A stretch of 63,544 nucleotides of DNA, the filler included, from Choristocarpus tenellus KU-1152 (Eukaryota > Protista > Phaeophyceae): the NCBI GenBank assembly GCA_964200185.2. It is 9 parts of 9 records of this genome, joined end to end, with 100 filler letters (N's around TTAATTAATTAA, not from the genome) between each part and the next. Parts side by side here need not be neighbours in the genome. Positions count along the whole stretch, not along the records: positions 12,167 to 22,371 come from CAXNAD020003079.1; positions 22,472 to 27,836 come from CAXNAD020011028.1; 7 more parts are not named here. One strand, written 5' to 3'. Under the pieces are notes generated by a model. It ran no database searches. It had not been told where the DNA came from and saw nothing but the letters and a program-made list of their open reading frames with translations. How positions within the stretch are numbered: position 1 is the stretch's first letter; every line of letters starts with the position of its first letter. The position numbers were made by a program, and so were the translations under genes. This document shows positions 12,167 to 24,947 of this stretch, in pieces.

Positions 12167-14289
12167 CCTCCACAAAAATTACCGTAATATTTGAACAAAA
12201 ATATATCCGGACCCTTAAAAAGTGTCGAAACATTTCCAAAAAAAGACATATCCCGGGCCCTTACAAGTGCAAAAACATTTGCAAAAAAAGTTTTCGGTAC
12301 TTTTTCAAGACCGTTTTCGATCGTCAACCATCCTCATAGCCCCACTCCTTCCTCAATTCTCCAAATTCACTGTTAAAGGAGTCAGGCATTGATAGTCATA
12401 GTCCCTGCACGGAGCGTAGGATAGCAGAAGTCGGAGAACTGTGAAGCCACCCTCTCATCAGAGCATATATTAATACATATAGTTTGCATACATATTTTTT
12501 TTTGTCAGCCCTGATACAACTATATTTTTTCTCTCTGTCAGCCCTGATCCCATCAAGTATTATTATTTGATTTATATATTCATTTTTGTTTAGTTTCTGT
12601 TCTTTTGTCATTACCTGTTTTACACACCAGTAGCCTTGAGTATGCTTTGTGCTTGGGGGGCGTAAGATAGGCAATAATTAGATGATATTTTGTAACTTCT
12701 GAAGGTTGTGCTTTAGAAGGAGCAGGTGTATACCCAGATCAGGCTATATACAGACCAACGTAGATGGTATTCTGTGACCCTTGGGACTGATTTCTCCAAG
12801 GAAACAAGGATATTTGTCCACCTATTTTAGGCCTAGCTGAATGGGAATAAATGCCACCATTTATTTGGGCTTGGTTAGAAGTTTCGATGCTTGCATGTGT
12901 CAGATTTCGAATATGTTTAAACAGGCTTATTGGTTGGTGTATGTTGGTCGTATAGTTCGGATGAAGAATGATGAGAGATATGCCACTGTTTGTTTCAGGG
13001 TTAATTATTGGTTTGTTTGTTTCCATGAGTGGGATTTGGTTAGCACGTATAGAGGGCTGTCGGCAAGTGCATGTTTGTCCCAGTGTTAGCACGGGGAATT
13101 GAAAAAAGACCATGGACTGTTTCGAGGTTAGGTTTTTCGTATATTTGTTTGCATGAGTCGTGTCTGGTATGTACACAAAGAGGGCTATCAGATAGGGCCT
13201 GTTGTCCTGGTGTGTGCTCGAGGAATTAAAAAAGAATCCAAGTACTGTTATTAATTTAGTATTTCGTTTATTTGCTTGCATGTGTCGGATTAAGTGTGGA
13301 CACAAACGGGGTTGTTGATCAGGGTGTTAGGGCTAAAGTTATTGGCATGAAGAAAGAGAAGGGGGTTAGGATTTGCTTTCGGGTTAGTGTAGTGTTTCTT
13401 TGATATCATGTGTCCACGGATTCTGGATGTGTTCAAAAAGGGTTATTGGTCAAGGTCTATTGTCGTATGTTTTGCTGGAAGTATCTTAAGATATACTTCC
13501 CTTGATTCGGGGTTAGAGTTAGTGGGTTGATTAAATCCTGATGAGCTAGGGTTGGTTTTCGTAAGTAGGGTCGATGAAGGCACTGGTACGTAATTCAGGT
13601 AAGACGCTTGTCGATTTTAGGTTGCCACGGGATGCAGATGGGCTCAGTGTAAGTGTTGCAGTAAGGTTATGGTTTGTGTCGGTGTGCGGGGGTGGTGATC
13701 CAGGCCATTGTCGAGTTCATGGCACGTGTTAGGGGTAGGTTTAGGGTTTGTGTTGTGCTTAGGAGCATCGGAGGTGGACTTTAGGATATACTCCTCCAAA
13801 ATTTGAAGGAGGACGAGATCGACCCTAGTTTGTCGACACTTGGACAAAGCATGAGATAGTGCATAGAGTATTTAGAAGCAGGGGGGAGCTAGGTAGTAGG
13901 GTTCAGGGAATAATTAGCGACTGGTAAGAAGACAACGTATCCATCGCAGGCCTTGGCGAATTGATAGGAAACTTAGTGGAAAAGATGGAGAAGAGTTGTT
14001 TATAAAGTGTTTTGTATATTTTTTTAGAGTAGTCTGAACCTTGGATTGGACACTCTATGTTAAACAAATAAGAACACAGATCTAATCCTCAAGATGAGTG
14101 TCATATATGATACACTAACACCTTTGACTGGTAGCAATGTATCCGATACCACTGTGTAAATGCATAACCCATCGGATAGAAACTGCATGAACATGGTAGT
14201 CGGACATCAAGGCAAGATACACTGATGCACGAATCAGACACAAGTAACTCGATCTGCACTTCAAAAAAAACACTGAAACGACTGAAGCC

Positions 14290-15970
14290 CTATTTCAATT
14301 GGTGAACCGAGTCGAAAAGGCATTCCTCACCCTTCTCCCACCACTCTACAAGCCTAGGGTATGCCTCAGTTAGAAGGTGCCAGAGATTTAGGCGCGTGGA
14401 GTACCTGTCGTTCCACGGTTCGGGCTTACGAGACTCATGAAGATGGCCTTCCTTTGACGGAGTGCTTCCACATGATCCTGATGCAACATGCTGCTGGGCT
14501 TCCCTCCACAACCACTGAGTTTTAGCTGTGTGGGCTCATGGACGTAGCAGTCATCCCCGAATACAAGATTTTTAGTCACTATACCGGCCTATACGAGCCT
14601 GAATCCATGGTCGTATATGATCTGGGTAAGGATCTGTGTCCGTACTCTGTACACCGAAGATGTAGATTTTGTTGCCGATCATAGGAGCTTGGTAACGCAA
14701 GCCTCCATGAAGGCTTAGGTGATCCCCATGACGGATGCATCACCGGAGTCGACCGCATTCTGTGTGACGCTGTCGTCATCACCATGTGCGGACTTTTTGT
14801 CGTCACCCTCATGCCTCGTATTAGATGGCACTGAATTTTCCGCGTCTCCACCCTTTCTGGCAGAAGCAAAGACGTCCCCCAAAAAAGCTAGGTTCTAAAT
14901 CACGTGCATCATTTCCATGAGGCTGTTTGAACGGTCTGATGATCCATCGAGCACCTTCTCCCTAACCCCTTCTTCCTAATGACCGTCGTTTTGGCCTTCC
15001 CTTTACCTTTTGCGGAAGGCTTGTCCCTATGTGAGGAACCTGACGATGTCAAATCAACCCTTGGTGTTGTTGACTCGGCATGAGCGTAGTCTGCACTTCG
15101 CTCCACAGTATCGTCATTCCTGTTCCCTCTACCCGTTGGGTCGGGATCGATGGACTCGTCACCGCTGCTGCCCCCCGCATGGACGTTTGGGAACATTCCG
15201 CGGTCAATCCTGACAGGCATGGACTCTGAGTCCGTGCCTAACCGCCCCCCCACGCCCTCCTGGATATCTTCCTCTGGATATGACAAAGCGCTACAATCAG
15301 GCCGGTCCCCATCGCCTTCAGAGTCATGTTCCGAGGGTGTGGTTGGATGCCTTCCCCCATGGAGTGTCCCGCTTACCGCACCTACTATAGGGTTAGGTGA
15401 TGGCGTCTCCTGTTCCTCTTCGTCACCTAGTGGGTCGGGCCCTCCACAAGGTTTAGGCGTGGATGAGAGAAAGTATCGTAAAGGGTACGAGTTTTTTCCC
15501 TATTCGTCTATTTGGGGCTTGTCTTCCCACAGGATTTTAATGTCATTTTACCTACTCCAAAACATATTGGAGTAGATAAAATGTGCACGTTATGAAAAGG
15601 TGTGTCTGGAACAAGAATATTGACATTTCCTAACAAGCATGATAGCTAAAGTTACATCAAAATTGCAACATTGGATTTTGGCCCTCAAATGGACGCGACA
15701 CTACCCTCTAAGATACATTGACTCGGATACGCCAGCAGCTATCGGTGTCTTTGACAGCACAAAATTACAGAAGGTGGAGAGTTCGCCGATGGGGAGTTGG
15801 ATACGATCCGGATCGTGGTTGTCCCTGAGGGCGGTGCATGTGATTACAATGCCTCCTGGTCGGGTCTGGAGAAGGGCGACTACGCTCTTGTGGGCGGCGC
15901 TCGTTTCTGCCTTGAACTTGTGAATGTCGTGCTCGGACGTGGCGTTTTTCTCTGGCGTAATCACCATGCT
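14290..15970 (-). pseudogene. Intronless unknown gene (~470 codons) disrupted by a MITE, stops and frameshifts
   Basis: MVITPEKNATSEHDIHKF...TPIAAGVS joins in frame to TPKPCGGPDPLGDEEEQE...LSYPEEDIQEG once the MITE and one GGAT TSD are removed. It continues to ...TKNLVFGDDCYVHEP...WNDRYSTRLNLWHLLTEAYPRLVEWWEKG. Confidence 0.55.
15465..15724 (-). mobile_element. MITE family A copy (260 bp), 4-bp TSD GGAT
   Basis: TIRs gagagaaagtatcgtaaagggta / taccctctaagatacattgactc, with GGAT on both flanks. Homologous to 38269-38526 and 53528-53787. Confidence 0.9.
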
Positions 15971-16229
15971 TGTGACTCGGGTTAGCTCTGTAATCGTGGA
16001 CAAGTAGGCAGAGGATGAGGCGAAGTAGGAGGCAAAAGAACGGGAAGAAGGACGAGATGGAGGAGGCAAAGGATGAGGCAGGGGTTGGTGAAAAGGAGTA
16101 AGCGAAGGAGGATATAGAGGCAAAGGCTGAGGAAAAGATGGAAGGAAAGGAGTACGTGCAGTTTGACATAATTGGGAGGATTCTTTAAGCCTATAAATCA
16201 GGAAGACAAGTAGGGCCTGTAACATAGGG

Positions 16230-17086
16230 TTAAGAGGATGTGTATAGGACTATAGGACATGAACTGTGCCATAATTTCCTGGTCTGCGCTGGGTTTTGTG
16301 TCGATCGACACAACACAGCGAAAGTATCTTTGGAACATATAAAACTCGAGAACCCTGCATCGGTGTACTGTGTGAAACTATCCAACGTCGGTAAGATCTG
16401 TGAGAGTCGAGGCGGTGTGTTTGGGGTAGGGAACGATGTGTGATGTTCACGTATGGCGATGTTGTACAATGTGATATAATTGCTTGCCTGCGTGTTCGCC
16501 ACTGGTGTTCAGGGTAACGCCCTTCTCAGTATTTGACGATGTCCAGGAAGACTGTACCCTCCTCCACACCCCGAACACGAGGTCCCTGTTCATCCATTTG
16601 ATTTTATGGGGTAAAATTAATGTGCACGATCAGAGCGTTTATTGTGAGGTGACTTGTTACGAACTCAAATACGTTGGACAGATGAGAGGATGAACCTGAC
16701 ACTCTCTTGGGTACCTCTTCACTCAGGATGTATCGTTTACTTGGAGCAGGCTCTTCTGAAGACCTAACTGAGAAGTCATCGGCGTAGGGGTCAATCCCGA
16801 GCTCGTCTTTCCTCTTGAGGTCGTTCATGACCTGCACAGCGACCTCCAGGACAGCCCTTTTGGTGAGGACATTCTTGGTGTGCATTCTCCTCAAGTATGC
16901 CCTTTTGACTTTCCACTGTTGCGATGTCATTTTTCCTCGGCCTGGGCGGCAGACGCAGGGTCTAGATCGCCGTCCCCTGGTCTGTTCTTCTTCCCCTTTC
17001 CTCGCGTCCTCTTCTTCTTTTCTTGGTCGGGGTCGGCCAGGGGTCGCTTGTTCGGACGTCCCTTAGAGTGGTCGAGAACTGTCATG
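16230..17086 (-). pseudogene. Intronless unknown gene remnant with basic NLS-like N-terminus
   Basis: MTVLDHSKGRPNKRPLADPDQEKKKRTRGKGKKNR, then a frameshift to MTSQQWKVKRAYLRRMHTKNVLTKRAVLEVAVQVMNDLKRK...FLDIVKY*EGRYPEHQW. Confidence 0.4.
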
Positions 17087-17189
17087 GAGAAGCGCATGGA
17101 TAGTGGAATGGTAAATTATATGTATGACATCGGTGTCTGCCTCGCGAGGCACAAACTTGACGGTAAATATTGGAGCTGTTGCAGGGTCA

Positions 17190-19220
17190 TCAGGGGTATG
17201 TGAACATACATGTATACGTTGGGTGAATCGTCACAGTCAAAGCTTGACTAACCCATCCCTCTGGAAATGTCTCCGTCTCGACAACATACAAAAATGAGAG
17301 CGCTTCAGTCGGTAGTCTTTTGGCTGCCTGCTCAGTGAAGATATGCACAGCCACTTCCACAATGTTGCGCCAGCGATGGCCTTGGGGAATCTCCCCTCTG
17401 GGGATGGATAGTCCGACTTCGGCAAGGACATCAGTGCACATTCTTGCGAAGCGCTGCTCCTTGATCTCGTCTGTGAGCTACATGTATAGGTGGGCGATCG
17501 CGTTCCGTTTGGAACCCGGGAAAGAACGTGCTTTGAGGATATGAAGGATTTAGGGTTAACAATGTATTGATCGAAGAAGGGTTGCAGGGGATGCGTGTTC
17601 CGCAGCAGAACCCCATGGGCTTAGGGTTCGACGCATGGGGACGTGTTGGGAATGTTTAACCCACCTGCAACCTGTAGACGTGTGTGAACCCCCCGCAGTT
17701 CTTGAGGGATTCAATGGCGCCGTCCGGGTTAGCGTACCACAGCACAGTAAACATGTGAACCGCTCTAAAGTTGAATTTGTCCTAGTCAGGTGCGCATTGG
17801 GTGTGCGGAGGATAAGGTCACATGATCAGGACAGATGAACGTGGGAATGGGAGTGTGTATGTTGGTTAACGGTGTATCTCATATTGCCGATGGCAAAACA
17901 CATGTATAAATCGTCAATACAAGTTCAGTCTGTGAAGCCAGGGGTTAGCACAGTGTTGTTGGACCGTCAGTGATCCGGTATTGGATGTCAATATGTCGAG
18001 ATGGCTGCACTGCGCTTATGCTGGAGCCGTCGTGCTTCTTGTGTTCTCTCCGCACTCTGAGAAGGATGTCCTCCAGCTCTTTTGTTTCTGGTGGAACATA
18101 GTGAGGGGAAGAAAGGGATTGGGTTAGTTGGATCACTGATGCCGAATTAATATGGATATGGGCGACGAAAAGTAGGCGATGCTTCAGTTTCATGAATTGT
18201 TTCCTGAGAAGGAGTGGTGAGAACCTCACCTTCTCCTGCGCATATCTGCACAAGGGTGGCGATCGAATTGAAGAACTGGGCGGAGGTTTGGTCGTCAAGT
18301 CTTCTCCACCCGGTTTCCATGAGTGTGTTCTCCCATGCTTCCGTGAGGAATGCCTTTATTTTCGCAGCTTGATCCTCCTCCTTATTGCCGTCTGGAACGC
18401 GGCATCGGCACTACGGAAGTCTATGTCTCCCAGACAGAATTGGTTGCATCGGGTTAGCAATGCCGTCATGCGCGTGCGACGATCAGAGTCCTCGCCCATG
18501 TCCTGCAGGTAGGGGCGGGACGTGTCACACCTGAAGTCGCGTTTATAATCCATGATGGCTGCGACCCAACACACCATCCAATGGAATATGTTGAGGATGT
18601 TAGGCACGTGTGATCTGCTGGCCACCACGCTCTCTCCTATCGATATGGATGCAGCTTTCTCGCGACTGAAGTGTGGAAATATTTTCCACATGAATCTCCT
18701 GTGCTCGTCTATCTGGAGGTTCGCTCCGACATCTGAGGCCCATCACGTTGCGACGTGAGTTAGGAGGGTGATGCTACATGCGATATTATCCTCCTTCACT
18801 ACGCAGTCGATGACCCCTCAGGAGCATGATCCTATGTTGTCCAATCAGACAAAATAGGACATTATCGTCGTCATCCGGATCCCTAGCGTTGTCATCCTCA
18901 TCTAGTTCCAGGTTGCTGTTTGCAATGTAGTGCGCAAGCAGTTCGCCGTCGGGCACATCAGAGGACACCTTTGCTCTGCGCATGTTGGCCTTGAACTTAT
19001 GGATTGTTTTCCATCGCAAGCACAAAGAGAAAGGCTGTCCACGCAGGATCCCTGCAAGCTTATTGGCGGCAACGTGTGGGTCCAGGTCCAGCTTTAAAAA
19101 CATTGACTCTACCCTATCCTTATCAAGGAGATTGGCATTGTACCTCTGGGACAAGAAAGCAAATGTGGCCAGGTCGACTGTACGGGTCGCACTGAGGTTT
19201 GACGTGATCAACTCTGTCAT
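17190..19220 (-). pseudogene. Decayed intronless gene with an N-terminal ParB/Sulfiredoxin-like (DUF3723-like) domain
   Basis: ORF 18786-19220 reads ATRTVDLATFAF...NLLDKDRVESMF...NKLAGIL...VLFCLIGQHRIMLLR, with the G-x-H-R motif. Co-oriented ORF pieces continue at 18356-18691, 17945-18298 and 17190-17441. The downstream extent is inferred. Confidence 0.5.
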
Positions 19221-21622
19221 CTTTCCTCTTCAGGTTTCTTTAGGCCTCCGGCCGACTGTCTGTGAAGGTAGAGGGGGATATTTTATGGCAACGATATCAG
19301 CAAACGAGAAGGATAACGACGCAGGGACGGATACTATTGTTGGGCGATGACAGCAATGGTATTGTTGTATAAATAGTGACAGAGTATGTAATCAATTATG
19401 ACGGGATCTGTAGGGAGTGCGGCGTTCGTGTCCATGCATAGGCTAGGCAAATGTGAGATGACATGGGCGAAGCGCTGTTGTCATCATGAGGACGGTGTAG
19501 CGTTTTCCGTGGAGACTGTTATTTGCAAACATGCATCGAACGGTAAACCCTGCCAACATGGAAGGAATATTGAATATGAGAATGCACCAATACCGTACAT
19601 AGATTAAAATGATTTACTGCCGACCCAGGTTAGCTGTCGGGAGGGCAACCATGCACAGGTTTGTGTTTGACATAGGGCAGACAGCAATGAAGAAATTTGA
19701 TGTGTTATGTTGGGCGGTAGAGGCCATCAATTTCGAAAGCACAGCAAAACGGTTGGGGGTGGTATGTACCGATTTGGAACAAGCATGGAAAGCAGGAAAC
19801 ATGAAGTTGAACCGCGAAAGTGAAAGCATGAATGCACCAGTTTGAAACGAATATGGAAATCTTGGAATGTACTTCGAAGTAGAAATTTGGTATGTTCTGC
19901 CAGTTGGCAGAAGCCATCAAATTCTAAAGTGACGTTACCGTGGTTTATTTACCAAGCTACGCGCGCGTGCTGATACCAATGCGAGAGTTAAATCGATATT
20001 GCGTTGCAACACGATACGAACCTTATCGGAAACATTCCAATTGTATCGGAGCCCTAAAATGTGCGTATTGATGGTGTCACCACAAAGTATTTCGACAGAC
20101 GGATGTTGTGGTGTGTGGAATTGGATCGTAGAATCCAAGGTTTATTTCGGATCAGTTGTCTGATTACTCTCAACATATGTCACTGCAACCCATGTTCCAA
20201 TTTCGGTTAAGTTCGGTTGAATTCGCTGGAATTAATTCTGACAGTAGCCGCTGCATTGGCAGTACGTCGACATGTTATATGTAAGGTGAAATCTGAAAGT
20301 TTGTACATTACATGCACTCGGAAATAGCAATATAATATTTTTCCCCTATAGACACAGGTCCACCGTATATATACTCACTACGGTAAAAGCTCTTTTGAGT
20401 GTCATCCACCATTGCCTACCGAAAAGATACACATAGCTATCGCTACAAGCAAAGTGGTGGATGTGAGTAACTATTGCCAGACCTTCCACCCACAATACTC
20501 TAGTTTTTTCATTACCCTCCCTCTCTACCCGCCCAAGAATAAATGTAGTCAACCAATGAAAGGGGAACGAAAAAAAAGTAAAATATTGAACGACCACAAA
20601 TGTCATTATTTTCGTATTCTACATGTTTTGTTTTGTTTTCAAGGTAGAACCCGTCAAAGAGAAGAGATACATATGAATAGCATATAGGGCCGATACACCT
20701 GTCCTTAACTAACCATTACCGACATTTTATGGAAGTCAACTCCCACTCAAAAAATAAGAAAAAATAAGTACCAATAAAAATAAACGATTCAAAAGCTTTG
20801 ATTACTAAGGTCAGACGGTGTAGGACTAAGAGTGCTCCACAGCAAACTAGGTGTGCTACAGGCTCTATTTGTTTGTTTTGTGGATTGTGTGCAGTGATAA
20901 ATTACATTGCCAGAGTGCGGTAGTTGGTTAGGTGTTCAAAAATCACATTCCCGTCTATGGTCCTGATAGGATGTTGAGATACATGTGACTGGAGGAAGTA
21001 ACGGGTTGTGTATACCAATGTGGCGATTGAATAAAACATTATTGACATAGAGATGAAAAAAATGAAAGAGAAAACAATTAAACACCTGTCAAATATAGCC
21101 AGCTTTACCCTGACCTCACCTTTTTCGGTTCAAATATTGACAGTATAGTAGTAAAATCAATAAAATCTTATCCCTGACCCTGACCCTCACCCTGACCCCA
21201 TAAATCAAAGCAAAGAACCAAAGATACAAACCCCGCAAACATATCTCCTTTATATTCTGTTCCCTTTCTTCTTCTCCCCCATGAAACTACCACATCATAC
21301 CACCTCTACTCTAACTTTAGCTCTACATACAATTTACATATTACAACTCCTTTCCTCAACCTTAACCCTTAATCCAACGCATCAAACAATGCGCTCGTCG
21401 TTATCAAACAATACAAAGTACATATTAATCACAAACACAAAAATCAGTTGTATCCTCAACCTATCCATTCTTTCGTAGCACCTGCAGGTTTTTTTTTAAT
21501 AAAGTAAAAATGAGAAAAGAAAAAGCAAGCTTTCAAGAATATCCATGAAGAACTAGGTTCACCCGATACTTCCCTTTTTTGTTACATCAGAATTTATTTA
21601 TTTATGTAGTGGATATATTTCA

Positions 21623-21670
21623 ACCCTACACCCTACACCCTACACCCTACACCCTACACCATAACCCATA
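21623..21670. repeat. Telomere-like heptamer microsatellite (ACCCTAC)n
   Basis: About five tandem accctac units. A related (ccctga)n run lies at ~21172-21198. Confidence 0.8.
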
Positions 21671-22471
21671 AAAAATGGTACAGCTACACAAGAAGACACA
21701 ATAAAAACACAAAAATAACGAACAGTCAAATCTACCGATATATTGTAAATACTCTATACATACCCCTTATTTTCAATCTTTGTAAAGTTCGAGTCAAAAA
21801 TGAAAGCAAAGAAATCAGAGGAAAACATTTTCAACAAAAATGGTAACCCCCTGGACATTATTGCCTTTCCAAACAACCTTTGTCTATTTGTTCATTCTTT
21901 CTCCCCAATAATACTACCACACAGCGCCAGGTCCACTCTCAACTCACACCTTTTTTTCCAGTTCCATCATTCAACTTACATCAACCCTAATAATCCCTAG
22001 CAATAACCAGATTGTAATAGTAATGAACAAGAAAGTAAGTACCTACCACAGAATTACTGTTCTACTCTGACCCGAACCCTGCACTTATTTTAACCAACAA
22101 CATTCTCAACGTAGATTGGAAATTGTAGTCAACCAAAATATGATGGAAAAATATACAAAAGTGGTACCAGTAGCTTCGCCCTCCGTGGCAATCGTAGTTT
22201 TTTTTCACCAGAACGTTACTACAGTTATACAACAATGTATATATCAAATGAAAGGGTATGACAAGAGCTATTGAAGATTTGTATCCACGAATGTTCAGGC
22301 TTCGGGGAATGGGAGCTATGACCCAAAGTATCTGGGAGGGGGCGGGGGGCTACCCTAAGAGCGGACGAGCGNNNNNNNNNNNNNNNNNNNNNNNNNNNNN
22401 NNNNNNNNNNNNNNNTTAATTAATTAANNNNNNNNNNNNNNNNNNNNNNNNNNNNNNNNNNNNNNNNNNNN

Positions 22472-22511
<40 letters not shown>

Positions 22512-22669
22512 GACCATTATTCAGGACACTTTTGTTGCTATGTAGATCAAAAAGGCAAAGACAAAAGACACAGAAATATATATATATATATATGTATATT
22601 ATCTATATATCGTAAGCCCCACTTACAACTATTCACAGCTCAAGAATAATATCCTCCCCGGTTCACCTC

Positions 22670-24496
22670 CTGCTCCACTTCGTAGTCAATATCAAGGGCC
22701 TTGTTCACAGTGGATGGAAGGGCGCCCAATATCTTGGCTGGCAACGGCTTCGATCTCTGACGACGCTGCAGGCCAGGTGTGTGCGAAACGCATTGTGCGT
22801 GAACAGAGGGTGTGCGCTGTGCTAGCAAAGCATACAGACAGGCATTTTTCCCACCAAATTAAGCTCCCATTTGCACACACGCATCAAACCCCTTGTAACC
22901 AACCTGAAGTGCAGTACATCAGATCATGCAATACACAGGAGCGCCCCCCCCGCTCACCTGCCGCTTGAATGCTGCCGTGATCCTCTTGTCCTCATCGTCA
23001 AAGTCTTTGAGGGAACCCAACAACTGGGGAGTTGTCCCGATTGACTCTGGCAATATTCCGAGTGCCATGAGCTGCACGCTTGTATTCAACCTATTTTGCG
23101 CCTCTGTAGCATTCACCCCCATGAGAGCAAGTGCAGGACTGCGAGGGGAAGTGGCAGTGAAAGTGGCAGGCGTTGTAGGTAGCATGAGAGGGTGCTGACA
23201 AAATAGCAGAAATCCTTTTTTGGGATCAGCTGTTGAATGGTACAAAGCATGCTATCAATGGGGCGGTAGACCCCACACATCCAGGCAGGTACCATACCAA
23301 GGCCAACACAGGCCAAATCACTGTACCTATCCCACACTTCTCTGTTCTTGAACGCTATGCTTGACTAAGTAAAAGGCTGTCCCAAAGGGCACTAGGAAGG
23401 TCCCCCTTGTATAATTATAAAGGGGCTGCCGTCACCTGGCTGCTCCTGTAGCTGCCAACAACAATCGGCCCGTGTCTGTAGTTGCTCGTTTTGTCGTATA
23501 TTCCGCCGCCTGTAGCAAGACTTTTGTGTCAACCTGTGCTCGGTTGGCGAAGAAAATACCTGGTCAATATCCCAAATTGGGTGGACACAGCGACACAAGG
23601 AGCACAAGAAAACAGCAACACGGTCGGATCAATAGATCAATCGGTATGTAAGATGGTGTAATGAAAACCTGAAGACATGGACAGAATACATAATATATAG
23701 AGTATTCATTCCCACGAAATAAGTGTGTGAACAAAGGCACAGAAAAGGGATACACCGAGTTCAACATACTGAGGGTGCCATCATGATGGGGATTCTTCGT
23801 ACCTGCTGACTCAATGGTGGCAGACACCCTGGCCATCAGTCCACGCACTGAATTCTGCAACCCCTCTACTGCTTGCATTGTGACACTTTCGTACGTGCTG
23901 CTCCCCACACCGAACCCAGGCCAGCCAGGAACTGTCAGTCCCCCTTTACTTTTCAGTCCCTCCGCTTGGGCAGTGGTGTTCCTAGGTTTTTCTTCCTCCC
24001 CAGAGTCACCAACATCTGCGACTTTGATGTCCTGCTTCTGTAAGGACTCCCTGAAAGCTGGGTCACTAAGGAGTTCATCTAGAACGCGAGCGTCCATATC
24101 TGACAACTGCAGATCAAGACCCCAAGTAAGAAGTCAGTAAGGTGTGAGTGTTGGATAACTCAAGAGCACTAACGGCATGCCTATGCCGCTAGCACACGGC
24201 CCGATACCAGTAGGAACACACCACTTCAGATTGAATGGGAGGCAACAATAAAGTGATAGCCATACCTCTTCCCTCACAACCTTGTCCACGACGGAAAATC
24301 GCGCAGTCGTTCGCTTCATAGCCCCTGTGGACCACCAGGAAATCCTCCTGCGATATCCCTTCCCACAGCCAACTTTGGGATGTGCACAAGGAACCCCGAC
24401 AAAGGCATCACAGCTTGACAACCTTCCCCATCCATAGCTTTCTCCAATACTAGAGGATCGCCTTCTGTACCCATCCCGTAACGCATGACTAAGCAT
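22670..24496 (-). CDS. Hypothetical spliced protein, at least 5 exons, 3'-incomplete
   Basis: Phase-consistent exons: ...VVDKVVREE | LSDMDARVLDELL...SATIESA | GIFFANRAQVDTKVLLQAAEYTTKRATTDTGRLLLAATGAA | SPALALMGVNATEAQ...AAFKRQ | RRQRSKPLPAKILGALP...YEVEQE. The start codon is uncertain. Confidence 0.65.
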
Positions 24497-24947
24497 TACA
24501 TCTTGGGAGCGAGCATATTTCTGTGGGTACGAAATGCTCAAATGATCAAGGTTGTTGGATGAAACACATATTGCTTTGGCGCATGGGTCGGGGATGAGAA
24601 GTAAGATTACAAATACCCACCATGAACTATCTCACACATCCTGTCTTTTCCTTACCAGCGAACTAGCTATGGTACCGCATGCCCATAGAAGCGGTAAGGA
24701 TAGCCCTTTCATTACGAAGGTGTTCAGATCTCTGTCCTTGAAATCAACATGCAGGAGTTGATATAGAAGAATTGAGATTATTATAATCTATCGTCATTTG
24801 CATTTTTGTCTTATCTCTTCATCTATTGGTCTATTGGTCTACTGTGATCTGATCATCTCAACTGCCAGCTGTTCCATCGTATCACAAATTACTTGGTTAG
24901 TTCTTGGTCCATTTCTATAGTTGAATTGCTTTATCTTCAGACCTCTA

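Noticed and set aside
14290-19220. Methylation-driven or RIP-like C-to-T decay signature
   Set aside because: Any stop codon can be read as C-to-T from CAA, CAG or CGA, so this is untestable without an alignment of copies.
21623-21670. True telomere
   Set aside because: It is short, internal and has a variant unit.
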